A stretch of DNA of 64,000 nt from an uncultured Candidatus Micrarchaeota archaeon (GTDB lineage: Archaea; Micrarchaeota; Micrarchaeia; Micrarchaeales; CABMGC01), in NCBI GenBank assembly GCA_963833485.1, contig CAWHXT010000006.1:31900-95899 (forward strand), read 5' to 3'. This document shows positions 23,985 to 33,018 of the stretch, piece after piece. The notes beneath the pieces were generated by a model. The model worked only from the letters and a program-made list of their open reading frames with translations. It ran no database searches and was not told the origin of the DNA. Position 1 is the stretch's first letter. Every line of letters starts with the position of its first letter. A program made the translations under genes and the position numbers.

Positions 23985-26781
23985 GCTCTGTGATCTTGGA
24001 ATTCACAACCGCACTTTCCTTTTCCATATTGCCTATAGAATCGTCTATCACCTTCACGTCAGCAGTGTACGCCTGGAGCTCTGCCTTTATGTCTGCGAGT
24101 CTCATCTCTGTCTGGCTGATTTTTATCTTGATCTCGTTGGATTGCCTATCTAATGATTCTTTCTCGCTCGCCTTCTTCCCTTTGTCCATGCTGATACTTT
24201 CCATCTGCTTCTCTATCTTCTCAAGCTTCTCGTACGCTTTCTTGGCTCCAGAGCTTGTGCTTGCAATCTTCGCCTCAAGTTCCTCCTTCGCCTTCTGAAG
24301 CACCTCTCTTCTGATCTCCTTCTCCTGTAACTGGACCTTTATGTCTTTTATGGAATCGAGCGTTACTTCAAGCTGTTCCTCGAGTTCTGTGCTTCTCTTC
24401 TGGAACATCGTGTTCTCGGTTTGCAGGGAGGTCTTCTTGATCTTCAGGTTCTCGTACTCCTCTTTTGCTTTTGCCATTCTCTCTCTTTCCTCCTTGCCTG
24501 CCCCTTTCTTCTTGCCCTTTGCCACCTCTACGGTCTTGTTATAGAGCTCCTCCGCATCCTTCCTTGCTGAATCCAGTTCTGAGGTTATCTTCGCTCTCTT
24601 CGCCATGATTTCAGTTAACATCTTGTTTAGCTCGTTTATTTTTGAATTTGAAGAGCCTAACGCGCCGCTGCTCTTCTCCAGTTCTGAGGTTATTGAAGCG
24701 AGTGCGCTCATTGATTCAGATAGCTGCATGCTAAGCTTTCCGAGCTCTATCTCTGACAGCGCCTTGTCCTTTCTCAGCTGCGAAGCCTGCTTGCCAAGAG
24801 AGTCAGCGTTAGATAACAATCCGATTTTCTTTTGACCAAGATCGTTGATAAGATTCTCGATAGAAGCCAATGATACTCTTTTCTTCGCAGAACCCCCTGA
24901 AACAATTCCAGTTTGCTCTACCAGTTCTCCGGAGATTGTAACGTACCTATGCCTGCCTATTCCATACTTCTTTGCATCCTCTACTGCGCTTATCAAGTAG
25001 GTGTTGTTGAAGATGTATTCGAATACTTTTTTGAATTTCTTGTCGAACTTGAGCAGGCTCATTAATTCTGAAAGATCCTCTTCCTTTGAGGTGTTCCTCT
25101 CGAAAGCAAGCTCGTCTATAGGTATGAAAGTCGCTCTTCCAAGGTCGTTCTTCTTCAGGTAAGTTATTATCCCAGAGGCAGTATTGATAGAATCCACAAC
25201 AAAGTAGTCGAAACGTCCTCCGGCAGCGTTCTCTATTGCAGCGGCATATTCGCCAGCGTAGCTGCACAACTGGGAAACCTTTCCGTAAAATCCATCCTTC
25301 TCGTTGAACTTGTCCTTTAGCTTGTCCGTAATGCTGCCTTCCCTTGCCTGCGCAACAGCACGCTGCTCCTTTAACTCCAGTGACTTTGAATCGATGTTTG
25401 AAACTTCTCTACTTATCCCTTCTATCTGTTTCTCGTGGTCATCAATCTCGCGCTGCACCTTCTCAGCTGATGTCGCAAGCTTCTCGCTTTTTACTTTTAC
25501 CTCTGACGCTATGCCTTTCTTCTCTGCAGCCGAAGATTCGAGCGTGCTCGTCCTGGATTGCAGTTCAGCCACAAGATTCTTCGTTGTGGCGAGATCTGCG
25601 TTCAGCATCGCAAGAGTGTTCTGCACTGATGCAAGGTCGTTCTGCTCCAGTTGCCTTATCCTGTTGTTAATCTCAGTAATCCTGCTTTCGCTTCCCTCTC
25701 CTATCTCATCAATCTTCTCGTTGAACATCGGTTCAAGTTCGCTAAGCTTCTTCTGCACCTCTCCAATTTCCGACTTGTTGCTTTTTATGCTAGTTGACAA
25801 CTTCTGCTCCTCACTCTTCGCCTTCTCGGCGTCGAGTTCTTTTTCCATTATCATCCTCTTGCTCATCTCTATGTTTGCGTTAGTGGTCGCAAGCTCGTTG
25901 TTCACGCCTTCAAGCTTCTTACTCTCCTCGCTGCTCGATATGCTGCTCTCGCTCTGCGTCTTTGATATCTGCTGCCTTTCAGCAGAAAGCTTATCTATCT
26001 CCTCTTGAAGCCCTGTGAGCTCTTCCGCAAACTTCTTGGTTTTCGTTTCTATGGCCGCTATCTCCTTTGTGAGTGAACTGTAGCCATGGTTTACCTCACT
26101 CTCCCTAGTGAGCAGTATGCTGTACTTGAGCGATTTGAGCCTTGCATTTAATGAGATGAAGTTCTCCGCTGCCTCTTTTTCTTTTTCCAAGTCCTTCAGA
26201 AACCCTGCTCTCTCTGCAAGTATCACCTTGGCCTCGCCTTGCTTGAGGGTTACCTTGTCAAGCTCCTTGAGGGACTCAGCCTTTTTGTTCTCGAACTCCT
26301 TTATCCCAGCTGCGACATCTATTAGCTCCCTCCTCTCCTTTGGGCTGAGATCCATCATCCTGCTAATCTCTCCCTGGGTTATGGTGTTGGTGTCATCGAC
26401 GTTCATCTTGTACTTCTTAAGTATCTCTACAGTCTCCTGCCTTGTCATATGCTTGCCGTTCACCTTGTAGGCACTCTTTCCATCTGCCCTCGCTATCCTT
26501 ATTATCTCTAGGTTCTCTTCCCCTCCGAAGTCTACCTTTACGTACGCCTTTGCAAGGCTGTCCTTCTTGCTCTTTTGCGTTGCGCTTATCAGCGACTCCA
26601 GCTTCTCTACCCTAAGTCTCTTCAGGGAGCTCTCGCCGAGCACAAAGAGCAGAGAGTCACAGATGTTACTCTTTCCACTACCGTTAGGCCCTACTACGCA
26701 TGTGAAGCCTTTGCTGAAAAGCAGCTGTGCATGTTTGAAAGACTTAAACCTACTCAAGGTAAGGCTTTTTAGGTAAAGCAT
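23890..26781 (-). CDS. smc: SMC chromosome-segregation ATPase, N-terminal head, coiled coils and hinge
   Basis: 963 aa with Walker A GPNGSGKSN, long coiled coils and a hinge (DSINTASGIITYLKKNDLGRATFIPID). The frame ends in a junk-like tail, IQEEGCGGGTGKARGARQ. Confidence 0.9.
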   Translation of the reverse strand: MLYLKSLTLSRFKSFKHAQLLFSKGFTCVVGPNGSGKSNICDSLLFVLGESSLKRLRVEKLESLISATQKSKKDSLAKAYVKVDFGGEENLEIIRIARADGKSAYKVNGKHMTRQETVEILKKYKMNVDDTNTITQGEISRMMDLSPKERRELIDVAAGIKEFENKKAESLKELDKVTLKQGEAKVILAERAGFLKDLEKEKEAAENFISLNARLKSLKYSILLTRESEVNHGYSSLTKEIAAIETKTKKFAEELTGLQEEIDKLSAERQQISKTQSESSISSSEESKKLEGVNNELATTNANIEMSKRMIMEKELDAEKAKSEEQKLSTSIKSNKSEIGEVQKKLSELEPMFNEKIDEIGEGSESRITEINNRIRQLEQNDLASVQNTLAMLNADLATTKNLVAELQSRTSTLESSAAEKKGIASEVKVKSEKLATSAEKVQREIDDHEKQIEGISREVSNIDSKSLELKEQRAVAQAREGSITDKLKDKFNEKDGFYGKVSQLCSYAGEYAAAIENAAGGRFDYFVVDSINTASGIITYLKKNDLGRATFIPIDELAFERNTSKEEDLSELMSLLKFDKKFKKVFEYIFNNTYLISAVEDAKKYGIGRHRYVTISGELVEQTGIVSGGSAKKRVSLASIENLINDLGQKKIGLLSNADSLGKQASQLRKDKALSEIELGKLSMQLSESMSALASITSELEKSSGALGSSNSKINELNKMLTEIMAKRAKITSELDSARKDAEELYNKTVEVAKGKKKGAGKEERERMAKAKEEYENLKIKKTSLQTENTMFQKRSTELEEQLEVTLDSIKDIKVQLQEKEIRREVLQKAKEELEAKIASTSSGAKKAYEKLEKIEKQMESISMDKGKKASEKESLDRQSNEIKIKISQTEMRLADIKAELQAYTADVKVIDDSIGNMEKESAVVNSKITELGNVNLKAPEIYDIQEEGCGGGTGKARGARQ

Positions 26782-26922
26782 CTATACACCAGTCGCAAAT
26801 CTATTTGGACTGGAACCCTTTTAAACTTTTTCCAAAGTTACGGAAGAGGGTGAGGAAAAGGAAAAAGCAGGCAATCTATTAAAATTGACTGAAGCAAATA
26901 GTTATACGACTAAAGTGTGAGA

Positions 26923-27675
26923 ATGCTTAACAATAGAATACTCTTTGTGAAGAACGCCCCAGCTCTTTTTCTTGAAAAGGAAAGATGCCTAGCGGTGAGC
27001 GACCTGCATATAGGGATGGAGTTTAAGCTTGTCGAGGAGGGGATACATTTCTCTCACGCATCAGTTAGGATGGCCAGGAGAATCTCAACGCTCTGTAAGG
27101 AGAACAGGGCGAAAAGGCTCATCATAATCGGCGACGTGAAGCAGAGCATCTCATACCCAGAGGGGCAGGAGAGGGACGCGATAAGAGAGTTCTTCGAATC
27201 GCTAGAATGCAGGGATGTGACGATAGTAAGGGGGAACCATGACGGAAGGATAGAGCAGCTGCTAAGAAGCATGGGGTTCGATTACAACGTTTGCAACGAG
27301 ATAAGCTTAGGTGGGGTCACTTTTCTTCATGGAAACAGGTGGCCCGGAGAAGCTGCCTTCATAGGGGATTACATTGTGGAAGGGCACAGCCATTTCGCAG
27401 CCAGAGTTGGAGACATAAACGAGAAGGTTTGGCTGATGTCTAGGGCTGGAAACGGAATGGGAGCAAAATTCAAGTCTTACAATAAAGAGATAAAGCTGAT
27501 AGTCATGCCGGCGTTCAATGATCTGATAATAGGAAAAAGCCTTAGCACGGTATCTGCTGACAGACATCCTCTGTTCAAGAACAAGATTTTCAGGTTTGAA
27601 AGCTCTGATGTTTATACTCTTTCTGGGGATCTGCTTGGAAGCGCTAAGAAGGTAAGGGAAGCTATATTGGGTTGA
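26923..27675 (+). CDS. metallophosphoesterase (ICC-like, COG1407 type)
   Basis: Motifs SDLHIG, IIIGDVK, GNHD and GHSH. ATG at 26923 (the ORF track starts at a GTG at 26917). Confidence 0.75.
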   Translation: MLNNRILFVKNAPALFLEKERCLAVSDLHIGMEFKLVEEGIHFSHASVRMARRISTLCKENRAKRLIIIGDVKQSISYPEGQERDAIREFFESLECRDVTIVRGNHDGRIEQLLRSMGFDYNVCNEISLGGVTFLHGNRWPGEAAFIGDYIVEGHSHFAARVGDINEKVWLMSRAGNGMGAKFKSYNKEIKLIVMPAFNDLIIGKSLSTVSADRHPLFKNKIFRFESSDVYTLSGDLLGSAKKVREAILG

Positions 27676-29104
27676 CTTTGAACCTATCCTTTGCTTCTTT
27701 CATCTCCACATCGACAGCATCCTTCCATGCCTTGAAGCCTGATAGCTCCTTAGGGTAGCTCTTGTACAACTCGTTGAGCCTTTTCATCTTGCTGACTATG
27801 AAAACTAGATTCTTGAAAGCGTTTATGTTTGTGGCTCCGTAAAGTATCTTTGTAAGCGTGGCCGAGAGCTTAAGCTCTGGGATCATCCCATAGCTTATCT
27901 GTATCGCCTCTTCTTTGGTAAGGAAGTGGGCCATTCCGAAGTTTATGAGGTCGTTGTTGAGCGACTGTAGGTATAGCCTGAATATCTCTAGCCCTGCGGT
28001 CTTGTTGCCGTAATGCTCGTTGAACGCAAGATTGTATTTCCATAGGTAGTCCATGCTGGTGTCGTTGTTTTGGACCGCTTCGGCCCCAATCTGCCCAGCG
28101 AGAATGCCAGAAACCATCGCAGGTCCTATACCCCCAGCGCTTATCGGATTAGGCATTGCCATACTGTCCCCAGCGCCCATGTAATTCTCATATACGAGGC
28201 AGTCTAGCTGCCTTCTTACAGTAACTGACCAGTAGCCCTTGCCGTTGTTATGAGTATTGTCTATCTTCATGTCGCTTATCACAGGATTCCATTTCACATA
28301 ATCATCAATCAGGCTGTGAAGCGTGTCCTTCTTGCCAAGCTTCGCGTTCCTCAGCTCGAGACTCTTCTTCTCGACACCTACACCAACATTCATCTTGTGA
28401 CCTTTCTTAGGGAATACCCAACCATAGCCTCCGGGCGCTAGCACCTGGTTGAGGTGTATCAAAGCGTTCCTTGGGTCGTAGAAGTTTAGGTCCTCCTTCG
28501 TCGGAGTGAAATCTATTATGTATCTTCCTGTGGACTCGATGTCCTCTATGCTCACGTCTCTCTGTATATAATCGTGAGAAGGCAGTTTCCTTCTCAACGT
28601 GCTTGCTATCCCAAGTGCATCTATCACTAGTTTTGCCTTTACTTTGCACTCTCCCTTCTTCTCGTCTCTTCCGAATACACCTACAATCTTCTGACCGTCA
28701 AGCAGTGGCCCCTCTACTTCGTGTTCAGGCACATACTCTGTGCCCATCTTAACAGCTATGTCCCTCAGCTTGTTGCCAAACTTTGGTCTGTCTAGCACAT
28801 ATCCTTCCCCGTCGAAAAGGATCTTGTTCTTGAAATCAGGACTTATAGCGTAAACTCCGTCGACCTTTAGGTTAAGCTCTGGCTCTGAGAAACTTACGCC
28901 TAGTTCCTTTGTTGCGTAATCGATATGAGCCTTAGCGACCGCGTCGCCGCAAACCCACCCCCAATTGGTCTTTTTGCCCGCTTCAGCTGGTTGATTTCTA
29001 TCTAAAAGAAGCACTTTTGCACCAGCCTTTGAAGCGGCAGCGGCAGCCAAAGAGCCTGCAATGCCGGCTCCTGCCACGATTATGTCATACTCCTTCTCCA
29101 TCAA
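27662..29104 (-). CDS. FAD-dependent oxidoreductase, geranylgeranyl reductase family
   Basis: 480 aa. N-terminal dinucleotide fold YDIIVAGAGIAGSLAAAAASKAGAKVLLLDR and a GDSMAMPNPISAGGIG segment. Confidence 0.75.
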   Translation of the reverse strand: MMEKEYDIIVAGAGIAGSLAAAAASKAGAKVLLLDRNQPAEAGKKTNWGWVCGDAVAKAHIDYATKELGVSFSEPELNLKVDGVYAISPDFKNKILFDGEGYVLDRPKFGNKLRDIAVKMGTEYVPEHEVEGPLLDGQKIVGVFGRDEKKGECKVKAKLVIDALGIASTLRRKLPSHDYIQRDVSIEDIESTGRYIIDFTPTKEDLNFYDPRNALIHLNQVLAPGGYGWVFPKKGHKMNVGVGVEKKSLELRNAKLGKKDTLHSLIDDYVKWNPVISDMKIDNTHNNGKGYWSVTVRRQLDCLVYENYMGAGDSMAMPNPISAGGIGPAMVSGILAGQIGAEAVQNNDTSMDYLWKYNLAFNEHYGNKTAGLEIFRLYLQSLNNDLINFGMAHFLTKEEAIQISYGMIPELKLSATLTKILYGATNINAFKNLVFIVSKMKRLNELYKSYPKELSGFKAWKDAVDVEMKEAKDRFKVNPI

Positions 29105-29107
29105 ATT

Positions 29108-29292
29108 TCACTTCTTCTTTACTACAACTATAGGTATTACCCCCTCCTCAAACTCTATCTTTGCTAGTTGAAGTGGATCAACAAGATTCTCTGGGACCTT
29201 CACAAGGGGAGGTGCACCATAAGCTAGCTGCAACGCCCTTGCGCCGACAATCCTAGCTTTTTCGAACTTGTTGTATTCCGTATCATCACCAT
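29108..29292 (-). CDS. rpoK: DNA-directed RNA polymerase subunit K (Rpb6/omega homolog); start unresolved
   Basis: Manual translation gives DDTEYNKFEKARIVGARALQLAYGAPPLVKVPENLVDPLQLAKIEFEEGVIPIVVVKKK, stop TGA at 29108-29110. There is no in-frame ATG, GTG or TTG. The nearby ATGs at 29292 and 29286 lie in a different reading frame. Confidence 0.7.
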
Positions 29293-29372
29293 TGGTAAAA
29301 TATACAAGAGACAGTTTCCTAACGGTAGTATACTCCCATCTATATTGGAAGAGAACATTTTTAAGGGATTTG

Positions 29373-30071
29373 CTACCTTATCGGCTCGTAGTGCTCCTTC
29401 GGCTTCTTCAAGAAACGGTATCTGAGCATGTTGCCTACATGGTACCCAAAATAGCCGTGGACACCCCAGGCTTTTATCCTCCTAGTGCTAGTGTAAACGT
29501 GCGCACCTTTGACAAATGCTATCTTTCCTAACTTCTTGGCCCGCTCCGAAAGGTCCCAGTCCTCGTAGGTCTTTAGGTGTGGGTCAAAGCCACCTATCTT
29601 GTCGAAAGCGTCTTTCTTTATTGCGAAGTTTGAACCAACCACACTGGCCATCCCAAATGCAAGAGTGGCTCTCACAAAAACTTCTGACACTAGCTGGTAG
29701 CCCAGCCTGGTGGCCAGCCCAGCCTCCTCAAGAGGCTTTATTGGTCCAGTTGCAGCGATCACTCCTTCGCCGAAAGAGTTCACATAATGCTTAAGCAGGT
29801 CAGGGGAAGGCAACGTGTCTGCGTCGAGGAAGACCAAAAGCTTGCCATTTGCCGCCTTTGCGCCGACGTTTCTTGCATCTCCCATACCGTTGGGTGCCCT
29901 ATCTATCACCTTGGCGTATTTGCTAGCCAGTTCCCTTGTTCCATCCTTACTGAAACCATCCACTACAATGGTCTCGAAGTTCTTGTAGCTCTGCTTAGCT
30001 AGCCCGTTGAAAGGGTATTGAATATACTTCACCTCGTTCATTGAGGGAATTATTACACTTACATCTACCAA
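29373..30071 (-). CDS. glycosyltransferase family 2
   Basis: 232 aa with VSVIIPSMNE, VVDGFSKDGT and FLDADT motifs. Confidence 0.8.
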   Translation of the reverse strand: MVDVSVIIPSMNEVKYIQYPFNGLAKQSYKNFETIVVDGFSKDGTRELASKYAKVIDRAPNGMGDARNVGAKAANGKLLVFLDADTLPSPDLLKHYVNSFGEGVIAATGPIKPLEEAGLATRLGYQLVSEVFVRATLAFGMASVVGSNFAIKKDAFDKIGGFDPHLKTYEDWDLSERAKKLGKIAFVKGAHVYTSTRRIKAWGVHGYFGYHVGNMLRYRFLKKPKEHYEPIR

Positions 30072-30201
30072 AATAACACCTTTAGTGGTCGCTTAGACAA
30101 AAATATATGCAATAATAAGGATAATAAATCTTACAAAAGGGGGTCATAAGAAACAAACAAACAAGAAGCATTAAATAGGGTCACGGCAAAGGCGTGATTA
30201 T

Positions 30202-30915
30202 ATGGAAAAAATAGCACCTGAGAATAAACTCAGGGAGAAAAGGTTCTGGGAAAAACCAGAGAACTACCGGCGTGGTGTTAGCGGAGGCGCTATTAATGCG
30301 GTATATGCAGGGGAAGTTCCTAGAGACTGCTTGGTGCTTGAGATTGGATGCGGTTATGTTGGACATTTTAGTACAGGATACATGAGTTATAGGGAGAACT
30401 ATGTCCCTTACTTGAAAGAGTATATAGGAATTGATTTTGCACTGACACCACTCAAAGACTCAGTGAGGGCTCAGAAAATGGGTAAGAATTCTGCATTTAT
30501 CAACGCGGATGCTAGCGGGACATCTTTGGATGCTTCAGTAGGAACGCTGCCTTTGAAAAGTGAATCGGTTGATTTCATCATGTCTTTCTCAGCCATGACG
30601 TTCATGAACAGGGGTATTCATAAGACAATGGCGGAGGCAATAAGAGTTCTGAAGCATGGAGGTACATTCCTCTTCGATATAGAACATAGAGATACTTTTA
30701 AACGATTGCGTAGGTTTGGAGTGAATATAGAAGGGGGAGGAACGTTGTTCCCATACAAGCGTAAGAAATTGGTAGCATTTGACGAGGACGAAATAAGAAG
30801 GATTTTTGATGCGCTAGGAGCAGATGTAACCATTGAATTAAATTACGACAGGCCGATAGGAGCAAGAAGTGGCGAAAGCAAGGCATGGATGTCAATAAAA
30901 GCAGTAAAAAGATAA
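30202..30915 (+). CDS. class I SAM-dependent methyltransferase
   Basis: 237 aa with motif I VLEIGCGYVG and a later LKHGGTFLF segment. Confidence 0.7.
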   Translation: MEKIAPENKLREKRFWEKPENYRRGVSGGAINAVYAGEVPRDCLVLEIGCGYVGHFSTGYMSYRENYVPYLKEYIGIDFALTPLKDSVRAQKMGKNSAFINADASGTSLDASVGTLPLKSESVDFIMSFSAMTFMNRGIHKTMAEAIRVLKHGGTFLFDIEHRDTFKRLRRFGVNIEGGGTLFPYKRKKLVAFDEDEIRRIFDALGADVTIELNYDRPIGARSGESKAWMSIKAVKR

Positions 30916-30920
30916 ACACA

Positions 30921-31006
30921 TGCAGGGGGAGAGATTTGAACTCTCGCATCCACAAAGGAAACGGGTCCTAAGCCCGTCGCATTTGGCCAAGCTCTGCCAC
31001 CCCTGC
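30921..31006 (-). tRNA. tRNA-Leu (anticodon TAG), long variable arm, no intron, no encoded CCA
   Basis: The reverse complement is GCAGGGGTGGCAGAGCTTGGCCAAATGCGACGGGCTTAGGACCCGTTTCCTTTGTGGATGCGAGAGTTCAAATCTCTCCCCCTGC(A). Acceptor GCAGGGG/CCCCTGC, anticodon stem ACGGG/CCCGT, loop CTTAGGA, T arm GAGAG-TTCAAAT-CTCTC. Confidence 0.9.
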
Positions 31007-31017
31007 TTCAAGGGTAT

Positions 31018-31593
31018 TTGTCCCTATATATTTATATTTTAACGATCTGTAGATTAACCATGAGCTCTTTGGTAGCGTCGTATCTGCTTCTAAGTCTATG
31101 TTTGGTATTTGGTCTGATAAACTTCGCAATAGGTGGTGTTCTTATCTATAATTACTATGGCGTTCAGAATCAGATAACCTCTAGTGAACTGGCAGTAGAG
31201 CAAGGAGCTGCAGCGCTGAATTCTGGCTTGACTAATGCCAGTTCGTTTTTAACCTCATACTCTAACTCTAGCCCATTCAATTCACTGCCGCTTGCAAACA
31301 TTAATTCCTCGCTTTCAAAGTTGCATGACAGCGTTGGTTCATTGATCAGTTCGATCAACATTCAAATAGAGAACATAAACGGCAATATCGAACTTGCTAT
31401 GATAGGCGCAGCAGGGTACTTTATGCTGCAGGGTCTCGTGTTCATAATCATAGGCTTTGTAGTATTGCATATCTCAAAGGTAGAGGAATGGGAGCAAGAA
31501 CAAGAGGGCATGGAAGATAGTAATGACGTTGAGGATGAAGGAAGCGCACCGAAGAGTAGAGCCCTAACCAGCAAGAGGGGAAAGCAGTCGTAA
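31018..31593 (+). CDS. hypothetical membrane protein (N- and C-terminal TM segments, acidic tail)
   Basis: 191-aa ORF with an Asn/Ser-rich central region. No family recognised. The start may be the internal Met at 31060. Confidence 0.5.
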   Translation: MSLYIYILTICRLTMSSLVASYLLLSLCLVFGLINFAIGGVLIYNYYGVQNQITSSELAVEQGAAALNSGLTNASSFLTSYSNSSPFNSLPLANINSSLSKLHDSVGSLISSINIQIENINGNIELAMIGAAGYFMLQGLVFIIIGFVVLHISKVEEWEQEQEGMEDSNDVEDEGSAPKSRALTSKRGKQS

Positions 31594-31629
31594 AGACACT
31601 ATTTATTTATACCTTTATTAGCATACTTA

Positions 31630-32079
31630 ATGAGAGTGAATTCTTTGTTGAATGCAAAATATGTTAGGGATAACTTAGAAGTGATTAGAGATAGCATAAA
31701 GAGGAGGCAGAAGGATTTCCCGTTAGACAAGCTCTTGAAGATAGACGAAGATTGGAGAACGCTAAAGACTAAAACACAGGAGCTGCAGGCTCAGGTTAAC
31801 AAAGCGAGCATAGATATTTCAAACATTAAAAAGAGTAAGAGTGGGGAAAATATCGACGAAAAAGTAAAAGAACTTGGAGTAATTAAAAAACAGATAGAAA
31901 CCAATGAAAAGAAGTTGAGTGAGTACCAAACCGAGCTTGACAAACTCCTCTGGAACGTTCCAAATATAGCACATGAAAAAGTACCATTAGGGAAAGATGA
32001 CACAGAAAATCCGGTACTTCGAACCTGGGGGGAGAAAAAGAAGCGAAATCTAATAAAACCCATGAAGAATTATTGCTGA
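31630..32079 (+). CDS. serS: seryl-tRNA synthetase, N-terminal coiled-coil arm fragment
   Basis: LNAKYVRDNLEVIRDSIKRR...LWNVPNIAHEKVPLGKDDTENPVLRTWGEK, then junk (KKRNLIKPMKNYC*). The catalytic core continues in the -1 frame. Confidence 0.85.
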   Translation: MRVNSLLNAKYVRDNLEVIRDSIKRRQKDFPLDKLLKIDEDWRTLKTKTQELQAQVNKASIDISNIKKSKSGENIDEKVKELGVIKKQIETNEKKLSEYQTELDKLLWNVPNIAHEKVPLGKDDTENPVLRTWGEKKKRNLIKPMKNYC

Positions 32080-32948
32080 ATTTGGACATGATTGATATTG
32101 AAAGGGCAGCAAAAGTTTCCGGAGCAAGATTTTTTTATCTTAAAAACGATCTCGTACTGCTCGAGCTTTCGGTTTTAAGATACAGCCTTGATCAAATTGC
32201 AAAGAATGGATACATTCCTATATCTCCGCCGTTTTTGCTTAGAAAAGAGTATTATGGTGGCGCAGTTCCATTAGCCACGTTCGAAGACGCTTTATACAGG
32301 GTTGGAGACCCTGAAGAAGCAAAGAGCAAGAAAGATTTTGAAGCGACTACGGAAGAGCTTTTCTTAATATCGACGACAGAGCACCCGATTATAACAATGT
32401 ATACTGACGAGGTACTACCTTTGGATAAATTACCACTTAAGTATATTGGTATCAGTCCTGCATTTAGGCGAGAAGCTGGCTCCCACGGAAAGGATACTAA
32501 AGGGATATTTAGGGTACATCAGTTCGTACAGACAGAACAGATAGTGTTCTGCAAGCAAGAGGATTCTTGGAAGTATTTTGAAGAAATGGTAAAGAACATT
32601 GAAGGGATATGGCAAAAACTCCAGGTACCTCATAGAGTTATTGAGATATGCTCCGGCGACCTGAGCACAAGGGATGCGAGATCTTACGATGTTGAGGCTT
32701 GGGTTCCTAGCCAGAAAAGTTACAGAGAGGTGGCCTCGTGCTCTAACGTCACGGACTGGCAGAGCAGAAGATTAAACATAAAGTATGATGAAAAAGGTGA
32801 GAGGAAATTTGTGCATACTTTGAACGCGACTGGTGTACCGTCTCCACGTTCTCTAATTCCTATAATAGAAAATTACCTTAACGAAGATGGCACCATAACT
32901 GTTCCTGATGTTCTTGTGCCTTACATGGGCAAGAAAAAGATTGGATGA
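32073..32948 (+). CDS. serS: seryl-tRNA synthetase, catalytic core fragment
   Basis: DMIDIERAAKVSGARFFYLKND, motif 2 FRREAGSHGKDTKGIFRVHQF and the motif 3 region NATGVPSPRSLIPIIENY. The same frame read upstream gives EKEAKSNKTHEELLLNL, which joins the N-terminal fragment. Confidence 0.9.
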   Translation: MLNLDMIDIERAAKVSGARFFYLKNDLVLLELSVLRYSLDQIAKNGYIPISPPFLLRKEYYGGAVPLATFEDALYRVGDPEEAKSKKDFEATTEELFLISTTEHPIITMYTDEVLPLDKLPLKYIGISPAFRREAGSHGKDTKGIFRVHQFVQTEQIVFCKQEDSWKYFEEMVKNIEGIWQKLQVPHRVIEICSGDLSTRDARSYDVEAWVPSQKSYREVASCSNVTDWQSRRLNIKYDEKGERKFVHTLNATGVPSPRSLIPIIENYLNEDGTITVPDVLVPYMGKKKIG

Positions 32949-33018
32949 GTAAGCTTTTTAGAGGATGAACGGCTAATTTTAGTGTCTGGCCCTGCGCCGG
33001 ACAGTTCAAAGGGTCAAC

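Noticed and set aside
25304-26008. 234-aa and other Ser/Leu/Phe-rich plus-strand ORFs inside SMC (23966..24298, 24341..24544, 26108..26470)
   Set aside because: They are shadows of the Glu/Lys-rich coiled-coil coding strand. They are low-complexity and have no independent support.
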